Source: Alphaproteobacteria bacterium
GTDB taxonomy: Bacteria; Pseudomonadota; Alphaproteobacteria; Rhodospirillales; UBA2165
Assembly: GCA_963582805.1 (NCBI GenBank)
Contig: CAUZTZ010000003.1
Coordinates: forward strand, 1-39,172
DNA length: 39,172 nt
Direction of reading: 5' to 3'
Within the stretch, counting starts at the first letter, position 1. The number at the start of each line of letters is the position of its first letter. The position numbers were made by a program, and so were the translations under genes. The notes beneath the pieces are model-generated. The model saw only the letters and a program-made list of their open reading frames with translations, had not been told where the DNA came from and did no database searches. Of this stretch, positions 9,388 to 19,414 are shown piece by piece.

Positions 9388-9511
9388 GCGGGCGGCGATA
9401 TTCACCTCAGGAACCCCAAGTGGATTTCGCTTCGGCGGCGTTGTTGTTATACTGATCTGGGCACCGAAACCCGGTATCCTCTCGTTCAATAAATTTTAGG
9501 AGCAGCTTCTA

Positions 9512-10519
9512 ATGGCGAACATTGTATATGGATTTGGCGCTTCGCACGGACCGCTCCTGTCGACGCCGGCGGATAAGTGGGATCTGCGCGCCGACGCCGA
9601 TCATGAAAATCCGGAGCTTGCCTACCGGGACGGCACCTATACCTATGACCAGCTTTATGAGCTGCGCAAAAGCAATTACCTGGAAGGCCAGAACATGTTG
9701 GAGGTCCGCCAGGAACGCTATGACCGCAACATCAAGCAACTGGACGCGCTGGCGAACAAGCTGGAAGAGGTCAAACCCGACATCATCGTGCTGATCGGCG
9801 ACGACCAGCATGAATGGTTCGACGATGCAATCCAGCCCGCCTTCACCGTTTTCTGCGGGCCCAAGGTGATCAACAAGGCGGTCACCCCGGAGCGCCTGAA
9901 AGACATGCAGGCCGGTATCCGCTACACCGTCACCGCCAACAAGCCGCCGGAGAACCAGGACTACCCGGTCGCCGACGGCCTCGCCGAAGCCATCATTGCC
10001 CAGGCCATGGAAGACGAGATTGATGTCACCGCCTCGATGCAAGCGCCGTCGGGTCCGCGCGGCAGCGGTATCGGCCACGCGGTCGGCTTCATCTATAGGC
10101 GCATCTTGCGCGACAAGCCGATCCCGCTGGTGCCGGTGCTTTTGAACACTTACTATCCGCCGAACCAGCCGAAGCCGGGCCGCTGTTATGATTTCGGCCG
10201 CTCCATCGGGCGCGCCATCCGCAGCTGGGATGGCGGCAAACGGGTGGCGATCTGCGCGTCCGGCGGGCTCAGCCATTTCGTGGTCGACGAGGAATGGGAC
10301 CAAAAAATTATCGACGCAATGTTGAAACAGGACGTGGAAACGATAGCGGGTGAGCCCAATATCATGTTCCGCTCGGGCACATCCGAGACCAAAAACTGGA
10401 TCGCCGCTTGCGGCGCGGTTGCCGAAACCGGGCTAGAAATGAAAATGCTGGATTACGTCCCTTGTTACCGCACGCCCGCCGGCACCGGCAGCGGCATGGG
10501 GTTCGCCACCTGGACGTAA
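9512..10519 (+). CDS. LigB-family (type II) extradiol ring-cleavage dioxygenase, LigZ-like
   Basis: GASHGP, IGDDQHEWF, HAVGFIYRRI, NTYYPPNQP..RCYDFG, ASGGLSHFVVDEE, GTSETKNWI and DYVPCYRTPAGTGSGMGF match my recollection of the LigZ subgroup; 335 aa. Confidence 0.85.
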   Translation: MANIVYGFGASHGPLLSTPADKWDLRADADHENPELAYRDGTYTYDQLYELRKSNYLEGQNMLEVRQERYDRNIKQLDALANKLEEVKPDIIVLIGDDQHEWFDDAIQPAFTVFCGPKVINKAVTPERLKDMQAGIRYTVTANKPPENQDYPVADGLAEAIIAQAMEDEIDVTASMQAPSGPRGSGIGHAVGFIYRRILRDKPIPLVPVLLNTYYPPNQPKPGRCYDFGRSIGRAIRSWDGGKRVAICASGGLSHFVVDEEWDQKIIDAMLKQDVETIAGEPNIMFRSGTSETKNWIAACGAVAETGLEMKMLDYVPCYRTPAGTGSGMGFATWT

Positions 10520-10566
10520 CCGGTTGTCCCGAGGGCTGCTAAAGCAATAAATTAAAGGGGGGAGCG

Positions 10567-11733
10567 GTGAAGACATCTTTGTTTTTTCTGCCGTCGATTG
10601 GCCGTAAATCCGATATTACCCAAGGCATGGCCGGGTTTCGGGGCGATCTTTACGGCCGCATGCTGGCTGAGCTGAGCGAGCAGGCGGTACTTGCCGATGA
10701 TCTCGGCTACGAATCCATCAATTTTACCGAGCATCATTTCCATATTGAAGGCATCGAGCTGTCCAACAATCCGGTGATGCTCGATCTCTATGTCGCCATG
10801 CAGACCAAGCGCATCAAAGTCGGCCAGCTCGGCATTGTGCTGCCCGCCGAAAACCCGATCCGGGTCGCCGAGAACATCGCCATGCTCGATCATATGACCG
10901 GCGGGCGCGCCTGCGCCGGGTTTGCGCGCGGCTACCAGCGCCGCTGGGTTGATGTGATGGCGCAACAGACGCACGGCATCCATGGCGCCGTTCCCGGCGC
11001 GCCCAAGGATATCGACGATGCCAACCGGGCCGCCTTTGAGGAATGTTTCCAGATCATCAAGAAATGCTGGACCGAAGAAATGACCTCCTTCGACGGCAAA
11101 TACTGGAAAATCCCGGCGCCGGGCACGCCGTGGGATCTGGAAACCACCGACAAGTGGGGCGCCGGCGTCGAAGACGGCATGCTGAAACAAATCGGCGTCG
11201 TGCCGAAGCCGTTGCAGAAACCGCATCCGGAACTGTTCCTGCCGTTTTCATCGACCGAGCGTTCGATCCGCTGGTGCGCCGCCGAGGGCGTGGTCGCGGT
11301 ATTGCCGCCGCTGCATCCGAAGCGCGAGGAGTTTTTGCTCGATGTCTATGCGGATGCCTCCGGGCGGCCGCGCGGCGAAGGCGTTGCCGTCCTTCGCACC
11401 CTGATCATCGCCGACACCGACGAAGAAGCCCAGGCCCTGGCCGAGGATTCCTCCACCTTCGCCCGCAACGCCTGGTTCGAGCCGTTCGGCTTCGGGCGCG
11501 GCCTCGAAGACCCGGACACCGGGATCCGCTATTCGCCGGAAGAAATGTTCAAGTCCGGCCATGTGCTTTACGGCAGCCCCGATACGGTCACCCGCCAATT
11601 GGAAGCCATCCGCGAGCGGCTGCCCGTCGATTGGGTGTTTGCCTGGTGTTATACAGGGCTGCTGACCAACGAGGTTATGCTGCGCACTCTGGAAAGTTAC
11701 GCCACCGAGGTTCTGCCCCGGGTTGGTGGTTAG
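10567..11733 (+). CDS. LLM-class (luciferase-like) flavin-dependent oxidoreductase
   Basis: ADDLGYESINFTEHHF, NPIRVAENIAMLDHMTGGR..AGFARGYQ and VPKPLQKPHP motifs; GTG start after a GGAG-type RBS. Confidence 0.9.
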   Translation: MKTSLFFLPSIGRKSDITQGMAGFRGDLYGRMLAELSEQAVLADDLGYESINFTEHHFHIEGIELSNNPVMLDLYVAMQTKRIKVGQLGIVLPAENPIRVAENIAMLDHMTGGRACAGFARGYQRRWVDVMAQQTHGIHGAVPGAPKDIDDANRAAFEECFQIIKKCWTEEMTSFDGKYWKIPAPGTPWDLETTDKWGAGVEDGMLKQIGVVPKPLQKPHPELFLPFSSTERSIRWCAAEGVVAVLPPLHPKREEFLLDVYADASGRPRGEGVAVLRTLIIADTDEEAQALAEDSSTFARNAWFEPFGFGRGLEDPDTGIRYSPEEMFKSGHVLYGSPDTVTRQLEAIRERLPVDWVFAWCYTGLLTNEVMLRTLESYATEVLPRVGG

Positions 11734-11736
11734 GGG

Positions 11737-12492
11737 CTACCCCAACCCCGACAGGCTGAGCGGCGAGTTGGCCGGCGTTTCCGCCGTGCCCGGCTGCATG
11801 ATATGGGCGACGGCCGGGCGCGCCAGCATGCGCTGATGCCAGGCAACGACGCCGGGAAAGCGCGTGGCATCGAATATTTCCGCGTCCAATTCGCCAAGCC
11901 GGTGGGTGAGGGCAAAGAGGCTGATATCAGCCAGGGAGTAATCGCCGACCATCCAATCTGCGCTTAGCAGCGCGTCTTCCATCTGGCCGAGGGTAAAGGC
12001 GGTCATGTCCATGGCGCGGCCTTCTTCATCGGCGCTGTAGCCGCCATGGGCGATGCGGCGGATACGCTCGCGCCGTTCCGGCACCGGGTTGGCGGCCATC
12101 ACGGTGGCCTTGTCGCCGTCGCTCAAGGCCTCGACCTCAGGTCTAAGGAAGGCGTTGTAGGTGAGGGTCATCACCGACATATGGGTGGTGTCCGAGGTGG
12201 ACAGCCAGCGCCGCATATCGGCGCGCTTTTTCGGATCGGCCGGACGCAGGGGCGGTTCGGGACAGATATCGTCCAGATATTCCATGATCGCCAGGGAATT
12301 GATGATGGCGCGGCCGTCATCCACCAGCGACGGCACCAGCCCGTTGGGATTGATCTTTAAATATTCGGCGCTGTAATGCTCGTAGGTGCGAAGATTTATA
12401 AAATGGCTGACATAATCCAAGTTTTTTTCGCGCAAAGTCAGGCGCACCTGTTTTGAGCATGTGGTCAAACCGCTGTGATAAAGCTCAAGCAT
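11737..12492 (-). CDS. Glutathione S-transferase family protein (LigF/PcpC/GDAP1-like length and architecture)
   Basis: TTCSKQVRL..EK, YLKINPNGLVPSL, NSLAIMEYLDD, LRPADP and GDYSLADI motifs. Confidence 0.88.
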   Translation of the reverse strand: MLELYHSGLTTCSKQVRLTLREKNLDYVSHFINLRTYEHYSAEYLKINPNGLVPSLVDDGRAIINSLAIMEYLDDICPEPPLRPADPKKRADMRRWLSTSDTTHMSVMTLTYNAFLRPEVEALSDGDKATVMAANPVPERRERIRRIAHGGYSADEEGRAMDMTAFTLGQMEDALLSADWMVGDYSLADISLFALTHRLGELDAEIFDATRFPGVVAWHQRMLARPAVAHIMQPGTAETPANSPLSLSGLG

Positions 12493-12511
12493 TGTCTGTT
12501 CCCCGTTTCAT

Positions 12512-13021
12512 TTATTTGCCGCAATCTGGAATATGCCGGCGTTCGAATTCAAAAATTTTGCGGGCCGCGCCGGTGGCCATGATGGCGCTGTAATCGAGCC
12601 GCTCGACCATAGCTTCGAGGCGCTGAATGTCAGCGTCGCATTGCTCGGCGCTGTAAACGCCGGCCCGGCGCAGAATAGGACCGGTCGCCTCCGCGAGCAA
12701 CGCCGCCAAATTTTCCTGCCAGTCATCTTTGAAAACGCGGCGAAATATTTCGTTTGTTTTCAGACGGTTATAGCGCATGTCGCTGCGATAGACGAGGTAA
12801 AATTCGCGCGTCGCGTCAATCGCGCGCTCTTCGATCTTGGGATAATTTGTCGAGCAGATGCGCATCACCGGGCCCAGCGATTTGGTGAACACCGAGCGCG
12901 TCACGGCGCCCAGATCGGCATCGTTCAGACAGCTCGCCGCGCCCGGGCCGGGCAAGCCAACGATACCAAGGCCGAAGCCGAAGGCGGCCATGACCGCCAA
13001 AAATATTGCCTGCGCCGCCAT
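12512..13021 (-). CDS. Hypothetical protein, probably exported, four Cys
   Basis: Fills the gap upstream of the GST in the same orientation. Hydrophobic N-terminus ends in an A-A-S-like cleavage region. No family recognised. Confidence 0.55.
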   Translation of the reverse strand: MAAQAIFLAVMAAFGFGLGIVGLPGPGAASCLNDADLGAVTRSVFTKSLGPVMRICSTNYPKIEERAIDATREFYLVYRSDMRYNRLKTNEIFRRVFKDDWQENLAALLAEATGPILRRAGVYSAEQCDADIQRLEAMVERLDYSAIMATGAARKIFEFERRHIPDCGK

Positions 13022-13094
13022 GTCTAAGCCCAAATTTTTCCCTGTCGCAATGCATATCTATGCCGTATGGTCCGCCAGCAAAATATGGGTTCCC

Positions 13095-13772
13095 ATGAAC
13101 AATCGCAATCGAGATATTTACCTGAAACCCGGCCGCCTCGTGGACAGCGATCATCCCGCCGTGATCGAATTTGCGCAATCTCACGTCAAGGGCAATTCCG
13201 AGCTGGAGCGCGTCATATCCCTCTATTACGCGGTGCGCGACGAGATCCGTTACGATCCCTACATGCCGATCGCCAAGATCGAAAGCTACCGGGCCAGCGA
13301 CGCGGTGATCACCGGGCGCGGCTGGTGCGTGCCGAAATCGGCTTTGTTGACCGCCTGTCTCCGCATCGCCGGCATCCCGGCGCGCCCCGGCTATGCCGAC
13401 GTGCGCAACCACCTGGCGACCAAGCGCCTGTTGGATATGCTCGGCACCGATTTGTTTATCTGGCATTCCTATACAGACATCTTGATCGACGGGGCCTGGG
13501 TGAAGGCGACGCCGGTCTTCAACCGCACTCTCTGTGACCGCTTCGGGCTGAAGCCGCTGGAATTTGACGGCTCGGAAGATAGCCTGTTCCACGAGTTCAA
13601 TCAGAAGGGCGAGCGGCATATGGAATATCTGCGCAACCGGGGCGCCTTCATGGATGTGCCGTTCGAAGAAATTCTGGGCGGCTTCAAAGCGATTTACCTG
13701 CCCGCCTATATCGACGGCGCCGGCGGCGATTTCCACGCCGAGGCCGCCGCCGAAAAAGCGGCATCCAAATAG
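13095..13772 (+). CDS. Transglutaminase-like family protein
   Basis: YYAVRDEIRYDPY, GWCVPKSALL (catalytic Cys), GIPAR.G.ADVRNH, WHSY and WVKATPVF motifs. Confidence 0.85.
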   Translation: MNNRNRDIYLKPGRLVDSDHPAVIEFAQSHVKGNSELERVISLYYAVRDEIRYDPYMPIAKIESYRASDAVITGRGWCVPKSALLTACLRIAGIPARPGYADVRNHLATKRLLDMLGTDLFIWHSYTDILIDGAWVKATPVFNRTLCDRFGLKPLEFDGSEDSLFHEFNQKGERHMEYLRNRGAFMDVPFEEILGGFKAIYLPAYIDGAGGDFHAEAAAEKAASK

Positions 13773-13795
13773 CACAAATATCGAAAGCGAAGTTG

Positions 13796-14851
13796 ATGGA
13801 ATTCGGCATACAGTTCTTTCCCGACGTGGGGCCGGAAACCAAATCGGGGGCGGAATATTGGGGTGATTGCCTGCATCTTTCCGGCCTCGCCGACGCATGC
13901 GGGTTTACCAATATCCGCACCGTGGAGCATTACGGCCAGTCCTATGGCGGCTATTCGCCGAACCCGCATGTGTTCCTGTCGGCGGCCGCCATGCGCTCCA
14001 AAAAGGCGCGCCTGGTTACCGGCGCGGTGCTGCCCATATTCAACAACCCGTTAAAGATCGCCGGTGAGATCGGCATGCTCGACGCCATTTCGGATGGGCG
14101 CATGGAATGCGGTTTCGCGCGCGCCTTCCTGCCCATCGAGTTTGAAATATTCGGCCGCAGCCTGGATGAATCCAAGGCCCGCTTCACCGAGGGCATGGAG
14201 CAAGTGCGCCGCTTCCTGGAAGAAGAGAACGTTACCATGGAGGGTGAATTCAACAGCTACGCCGGTGTCACGTCGCTGCCGCGGCCGACCCAGCAGCCGC
14301 GCCCGCCGATCTGGATCGCGGCGCTGATCACGCCCGAATCGTTCACCAATGCGGGCCGACTCGGCTACGATCTTATGGCCATCCCGCTGCCCGGCGGGGT
14401 GATGAACGAGCTTATTGCCCTCTACCGGGAAGCGCGCGCCGAGGCCGGCCACGAGGGGCCGGGCCGGGTCATGCTGGCGCATCACATGTTCTGTCATGAA
14501 GACGATGCCAAGGCCCTGGAGATCGCCCGCGGCGCCCTCGACCGCTACCTGAAATCCCTGGTCGATGCATCGTCGTCGTGGCTCGACGGCAGGAGTTCCA
14601 AAGATTATCCCGGCTACGACAAAATTATTGCCATGCTGGCCAAGGAAACCACCGAATCCCAGATGGAAAAGGGCGGCGCCTTCATCGGCTCGCCGGGGCG
14701 GCTGATAGATCAGATCGCCCAATATGAGGAGGCGACCGGCGGCTTCGAGATCGCATCCCTGCAGATCAATTTCAATGACTTGCCGTTGCAGGAGGCGGAA
14801 CGCTCGATGCGTCTGTTCGGCGAAAAGGTGATCCCCAAACTAAGCGTTTAG
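13796..14851 (+). CDS. LLM-class (luciferase-like) flavin-dependent oxidoreductase
   Basis: VEHY..YGGYSPNP, NPLKIAGEIGMLDAISDGR..GFARAFLP and PRPTQQPRPPIWIA motifs. Confidence 0.9.
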   Translation: MEFGIQFFPDVGPETKSGAEYWGDCLHLSGLADACGFTNIRTVEHYGQSYGGYSPNPHVFLSAAAMRSKKARLVTGAVLPIFNNPLKIAGEIGMLDAISDGRMECGFARAFLPIEFEIFGRSLDESKARFTEGMEQVRRFLEEENVTMEGEFNSYAGVTSLPRPTQQPRPPIWIAALITPESFTNAGRLGYDLMAIPLPGGVMNELIALYREARAEAGHEGPGRVMLAHHMFCHEDDAKALEIARGALDRYLKSLVDASSSWLDGRSSKDYPGYDKIIAMLAKETTESQMEKGGAFIGSPGRLIDQIAQYEEATGGFEIASLQINFNDLPLQEAERSMRLFGEKVIPKLSV

Positions 14852-14978
14852 ATTTCGGTGCGGCTCGTACCGTACAAGGGCGGTAAGCGCCTGGACAATT
14901 TCGCGATTATTTGATTGGCTGCTTAGGCCCGGGTGCCCTATAAGGTGCCCGGCAAACGTAACAATATCGGAAGGTACC

Positions 14979-16028
14979 ATGGACAAGCAGGTCGTAAGGC
15001 TGACCGAGCTCTCCCACGGGGGAGGTTGAGGCTGCAAAATAGCACCGTCGGTGCTTGAAAAGATGCTATCCGGATTACCGCCGCAGGCACGATACCCCAA
15101 CCTCCTGGTTGGCGTGGAGACCGGCGATGATTCGGCTGTCTACAAAATCAACGACACCCAAGCGGTGGTGGCGTCGACCGATTTTTTCATGCCGATTGTC
15201 GATGATCCTTACGATTTCGGACGCATCGCGGCGGCCAATGCGGTGTCCGATATTTACGCCACCGGCGGCACGCCGATCCTGGCGCTGGCCATCGCCGGCT
15301 TCCCGGCCAATATCATGCCGCCGGAAATGGTGACCGAGATATTCGCCGGCGGCGCGGATTTGTGCGGCGAAGCCAATATTCCGGTGGCCGGCGGCCACAC
15401 CATCGATTCGCCGGAGCCCATCTATGGCCTGGCCGTCGTCGGGCTGGTGCATCCGGACCATATCATGCGCAATTGCGACGGCCGGGCCGGCGATGTTTTG
15501 ATCCTCGGCAAGGGATTGGGCGTCGGTATCCTGGGCGCCGCGCTGAACAAGGACGAGTTGGACCCGCATGGTTACGAGGTGATGGTCGAAAGCTGCGTCA
15601 AATTAAATTCCGTGGGCGCCGATCTGGCGCAACTGGACGGCGTCAACGCCATCACCGACATTACCGGCTTTGGCCTTGGCGGCCACATGTACGAGATGTG
15701 CAAGGGCGCCGGGCTTGGCGCGAGGCTTTCTTGGGACAAGCTGCCGATTTTGGACAGCGCCGCCGATTATGCTCAAAAAGGCTATAACACCGGCGCCGCC
15801 AACCGCAATTGGGACAGCTTTACCGATCACGTCACCGTCTTTGACGGCATCGAGCAGTGGCAGAAAAACCTGTTGATGGACCCGCAAACTTCCGGCGGCC
15901 TGATGGTTAGCTGCGACGCCGGCTCGGTGGACGCGGTGCTGGCGCTGTTCAAAAAGCAAGGTTACAGCTATGCCTCAGTGGTCGGCGAAATGTGCGAAGG
16001 CGAAGCCCGGGTGACGGTGGAAGGCTAA
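14979..16028 (+). CDS. selD: Selenophosphate synthetase, selenocysteine-containing (UGA at 15027-15029 read as Sec17)
   Basis: ATG 14979 after AAGG reads MDKQVVRLTELSHGGG-TGA-GCKIAP, in frame with the ORF-track protein (DDSAVY, STDFFMPIVDDPYDFGRIAAANAVSD, GGHTID, TDITGFGL.GH, DPQTSGGL). The TGA occupies the catalytic Cys17 position of the GG-C-G-C-K motif. Confidence 0.93.
15041..15055 (+). promoter_or_regulatory. Putative bacterial SECIS hairpin of selD
   Basis: AGCACC-GTC-GGTGCT stem-loop with G in the loop, starting 11 nt after the in-frame TGA. Confidence 0.65.
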
Positions 16029-16032
16029 GCCG

Positions 16033-16467
16033 CTACTCCGCCGCCGCGTTAATTTCGGCCAGCGCCTTCAGCACCGCATCGAACGGCAACAATATGGCGC
16101 CGTGGCGGGCCTTGGCGTCTTTCGCCGGTGCTAAGGCCACCAGCGCAGCCCAATCGCCAACCGGCGGCGCGCCATCCGATTTCAGCATGGCCTCGACCGT
16201 AGCCCGCACCGCCGCGATCTCGGCGGCATCCTTGCCGATCACCTGGACCGCCATCACCGAGGCGGCGGCCTGGCCGAGGGCGCAGGCCTTCACTTCCTGC
16301 GCGTAATCGGTGATGCGCCCGCCCGCCACGCATATCTGTACACCGATGGTGGAGCCGCACAGCGGGCTGCGAAGCTCCGCCTCTGCGTCGGCGCGGGCGA
16401 GGCGATCGATGCGCGAAATATGGGCGGCCAGACGCAATACTTCGGTGTTGTAGATATCGTCGATCAT
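16033..16467 (-). CDS. IscU/NifU N-terminal-like Fe-S scaffold family protein
   Basis: IYNTEVLRLAA, RSPLCGSTI and VKACALGQAAAS motifs, typical of the alphaproteobacterial NifU_N-like group. Confidence 0.82.
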   Translation of the reverse strand: MIDDIYNTEVLRLAAHISRIDRLARADAEAELRSPLCGSTIGVQICVAGGRITDYAQEVKACALGQAAASVMAVQVIGKDAAEIAAVRATVEAMLKSDGAPPVGDWAALVALAPAKDAKARHGAILLPFDAVLKALAEINAAAE

Positions 16468-16541
16468 GGCCGCCATGTTATAGCAATCGGGCTTAACAAA
16501 CACGCGTTGTGACCGGACTTCGCTTCCGATACGTTTCGGCC

Positions 16542-17576
16542 ATGCGCGTCGATGAATTTGATTTCGAACTGCCCCGGGATTTGATCGCCCAGCATCCGGC
16601 GCGCCCGAGGGACGCGGCGCGGCTTTTGCATGTGGATGCCGGCCTCGGCGATCACAAGATCACCGAATTGGCGGACCTGCTTCGCCCCGGCGATATGCTG
16701 GTCTGCAACGACACCCGCGTGATCCCGTCGCGCCTCACCGGTAAGCGCGGCGAGGCCACCGTGGAAGTCACCCTTCACAAAGAAGAATTTGACCTCGGCT
16801 GGTGGGCCTTCGCGCGGCCCGCCAAGCGGCTCCATGTGGGCGATACCATTATTTTTGCCGCTGATTTTAAGGCGCTGGTCGCCGATAAACGGGACGGCGG
16901 CGAGGTGCGGCTGGAATTCGGCCTTGCCGGCGCGCCGTTGCTGGCCAAGTTAGGCGCCCACGGCATCATGCCGCTGCCGCCCTATATCAAGCGCGAGTGG
17001 ACCGGTCACGCCGATGACATGGCCGATTACCAAACCATGTTCGCCGACGTTGCGGGCGCCGTGGCAGCGCCGACCGCGAGCCTCCATTTCACGCCGGCGA
17101 TCATGGCTGCGCTGGAGCTGCGCGGGATCAGCCATGCCCTCGTCACCCTGCATGTGGGGGCGGGGACGTTTCTGCCGGTGAAGGTGGACGACACCGATCA
17201 TCACATCATGCATGCCGAATGGGGCGAGATCAGACCTGAGACGGCGGCAGCCATCAACGCCGCGCGCAACGCCGGCGGGCGCATCGTCGCCGCCGGATCC
17301 ACGTCGCTCCGGCTTTTGGAGGCGGCGGCGGACGACGGCGGCCATCTCGCCCCCTTTACCGGCGAGACCGATATCTTTATGACCCCCGGATACCGTTTCA
17401 AGATTGCCGATGCGATGGTCACCAATTTTCATCTGCCCCGTTCGACCCTATTTATGCTGGTCGCCGCATTCGCCGGGTTGAAGCGCATGCGCGCCGCCTA
17501 TGCCCACGCCATCGAAGCCCGCTACCGCTTCTTTTCTTACGGCGATGCCTGCCTCTTGGAACGGGGCGCACCATGA
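16542..17576 (+). CDS. queA: S-adenosylmethionine:tRNA ribosyltransferase-isomerase
   Basis: [66 protein letters not shown] and YRFFSYGDA motifs. Confidence 0.97.
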   Translation: MRVDEFDFELPRDLIAQHPARPRDAARLLHVDAGLGDHKITELADLLRPGDMLVCNDTRVIPSRLTGKRGEATVEVTLHKEEFDLGWWAFARPAKRLHVGDTIIFAADFKALVADKRDGGEVRLEFGLAGAPLLAKLGAHGIMPLPPYIKREWTGHADDMADYQTMFADVAGAVAAPTASLHFTPAIMAALELRGISHALVTLHVGAGTFLPVKVDDTDHHIMHAEWGEIRPETAAAINAARNAGGRIVAAGSTSLRLLEAAADDGGHLAPFTGETDIFMTPGYRFKIADAMVTNFHLPRSTLFMLVAAFAGLKRMRAAYAHAIEARYRFFSYGDACLLERGAP

Positions 17577-18700
17577 GCGAATTTGCCTTGGAAATCCTGG
17601 CCAGCGACGGCGCCGCCCGGAGGGGCCGCTTGCAAACCGCCCACGGCACGCTGGAGACGCCGACCTTCATGCCGGTGGGAACGGCGGGCACGGTGAAGGC
17701 CATGACGGCGGACGCGGTCGCCGCCACCGGCGCTGAAATGGTGCTCGGCAACACCTATCATTTGATGATGCGCCCCGGGGCTGAGACCATTCAGCGTCTC
17801 GGCGGGCTGCACAAGTTTATGAATTGGCCGGGGCCGATACTGACCGATTCCGGCGGCTTCCAGGTAATGTCGCTTGCCAAGCTGCGCACCATGACCGAGG
17901 ACGGCGTCACCTTCCAATCCCATATCGATGGCGCCAGCCATACATTAACGCCGGAAAGCGCCGTGCAAATTCAGGCCCTGCTCGACGCCGATGTGACCAT
18001 GGTGCTCGACGAATGTCCGGCCATGTCCGATGACAAGGACGCCATCGCCAAATCCATGGAACTGACCCACCGCTGGGCGGAGCGCTCCAAGCAGGCCTTT
18101 GCAACCCGCCCCGGCTATGGCTTGTTCGGCATCGTCCAGGGCGGCGTCTTTGATGATCTTCGCGAGCAATCGGCGGCGGCGCTGAGGCGCATCGGCTTCG
18201 ATGGCTACGCCGTCGGCGGCCTGGCCATCGGCGAGGGCCAGCAGGTGATGTTTGGCGTGCTCGACGGATTGGCGGGCCATTTGCCGGACCAAGCGCCGCG
18301 CTATCTGATGGGCGTCGGCACGCCCGCCGATTTGGTCGGCGCCGTGGCGCGCGGCATCGATATGTTCGATTGTGTCATGCCGACCCGGTCCGGGCGCACC
18401 GGCAAGGGTTTTACGGCGCGGGGATCGATCAATATCCGCAATGCGCGCCACGCCAAAGACGCGCGCCCCATCGAAGAGGCTTGCGCCTGCCCGGCCTGCG
18501 CCGGCCACAGCCGCGCCTACCTGCATCACCTCTTTAAGGCCGACGAGATATTGGGGCCGATGCTTCTGACCTGGCACAATCTGCATTATTATCAAAGCCT
18601 GATGCAGGGTCTGCGCGGCGCCATCGAAGCGGGCGCATTGCAGAATTTCGCCGATGATTTTCATGCCCGCCAGGCGCTCGGCGATATCGAGTCGGTCTGA
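17573..18700 (+). CDS. tgt: tRNA-guanine(34) transglycosylase
   Basis: [47 protein letters not shown] and CACPAC Zn motifs; ATGA overlap with queA. Confidence 0.97.
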   Translation: MSEFALEILASDGAARRGRLQTAHGTLETPTFMPVGTAGTVKAMTADAVAATGAEMVLGNTYHLMMRPGAETIQRLGGLHKFMNWPGPILTDSGGFQVMSLAKLRTMTEDGVTFQSHIDGASHTLTPESAVQIQALLDADVTMVLDECPAMSDDKDAIAKSMELTHRWAERSKQAFATRPGYGLFGIVQGGVFDDLREQSAAALRRIGFDGYAVGGLAIGEGQQVMFGVLDGLAGHLPDQAPRYLMGVGTPADLVGAVARGIDMFDCVMPTRSGRTGKGFTARGSINIRNARHAKDARPIEEACACPACAGHSRAYLHHLFKADEILGPMLLTWHNLHYYQSLMQGLRGAIEAGALQNFADDFHARQALGDIESV

Positions 18701-19389
18701 TGATCGAGATTTTCAAAAGCGGCCGGCGTATTGCCACGCAGCGGGACTGGGTGCGCATCACGCGCTCCTTTGCCGCCGATAATCCCGATGATCCCAATCC
18801 GAACGGCTACGGCGCGCTGATTTCCATCGCCGAGACCGTGATCCAGCCGGGCCAGGGCTTTCCCATGCACCCGCACCAGGATATGGAAATCGTCACCTTC
18901 ATGGTGGCCGGCGGCATGGCGCACGAGGATTCCACCGGCGGTAAGGGACTGATCGGTCCCGGTGAGATACAGCGCATGAGCGCCGGCGCCGGCGTTGTCC
19001 ATTCGGAGTGTAATTCGTCTCGCACCGAGATCAGCCATTCCCTGCAAATCTGGATACGGCCAGCCGAATTGGGGCTCCGGCCAGGCTACGAGCAGATGGC
19101 GCTGGGTGATGGCCGCGGGCTGCGCTTGATCGCGGCCCCTAAAAGGCCCGAAGGCGGTGTTGCCATCCACGCCGATTTGCGCCTCTATTCCTGTCAGCTT
19201 GAGGCCGGCCAGAGCGCCGATATGCATTTGGCTATGGGCCGGCGCGCCTGGGTGCAGATGGCGGCGGGCGCCGCAGGCCTGGACGATGCCGTCCTTGCCG
19301 CCGGTGACGGCGCGGCGGTGGAGGGGGACGGCACGGTGACCATCACCGCCCGGGATGACGCCGTGCTGCTGATATTCGATATGGCTTAG
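18700..19389 (+). CDS. Pirin family protein (divergent N-terminus)
   Basis: GFPMHPHQDMEIVT, HEDSTG, MSAGAGVVHSE and LQIWIRP motifs; TGATG overlap with tgt. Confidence 0.88.
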   Translation: MIEIFKSGRRIATQRDWVRITRSFAADNPDDPNPNGYGALISIAETVIQPGQGFPMHPHQDMEIVTFMVAGGMAHEDSTGGKGLIGPGEIQRMSAGAGVVHSECNSSRTEISHSLQIWIRPAELGLRPGYEQMALGDGRGLRLIAAPKRPEGGVAIHADLRLYSCQLEAGQSADMHLAMGRRAWVQMAAGAAGLDDAVLAAGDGAAVEGDGTVTITARDDAVLLIFDMA

Positions 19390-19414
19390 CGATAGGCAAG
19401 AAGAGGAAACCATC

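Noticed and set aside
15027-15029. selD and the thioredoxin-fold gene as nonsense pseudogenes, or UGA reassigned to Trp/Gly genome-wide
   Set aside because: Both UGAs fall exactly on catalytic Cys positions with hairpins 3' of them, while many other genes here (queA, tgt, motB) end normally at TGA.
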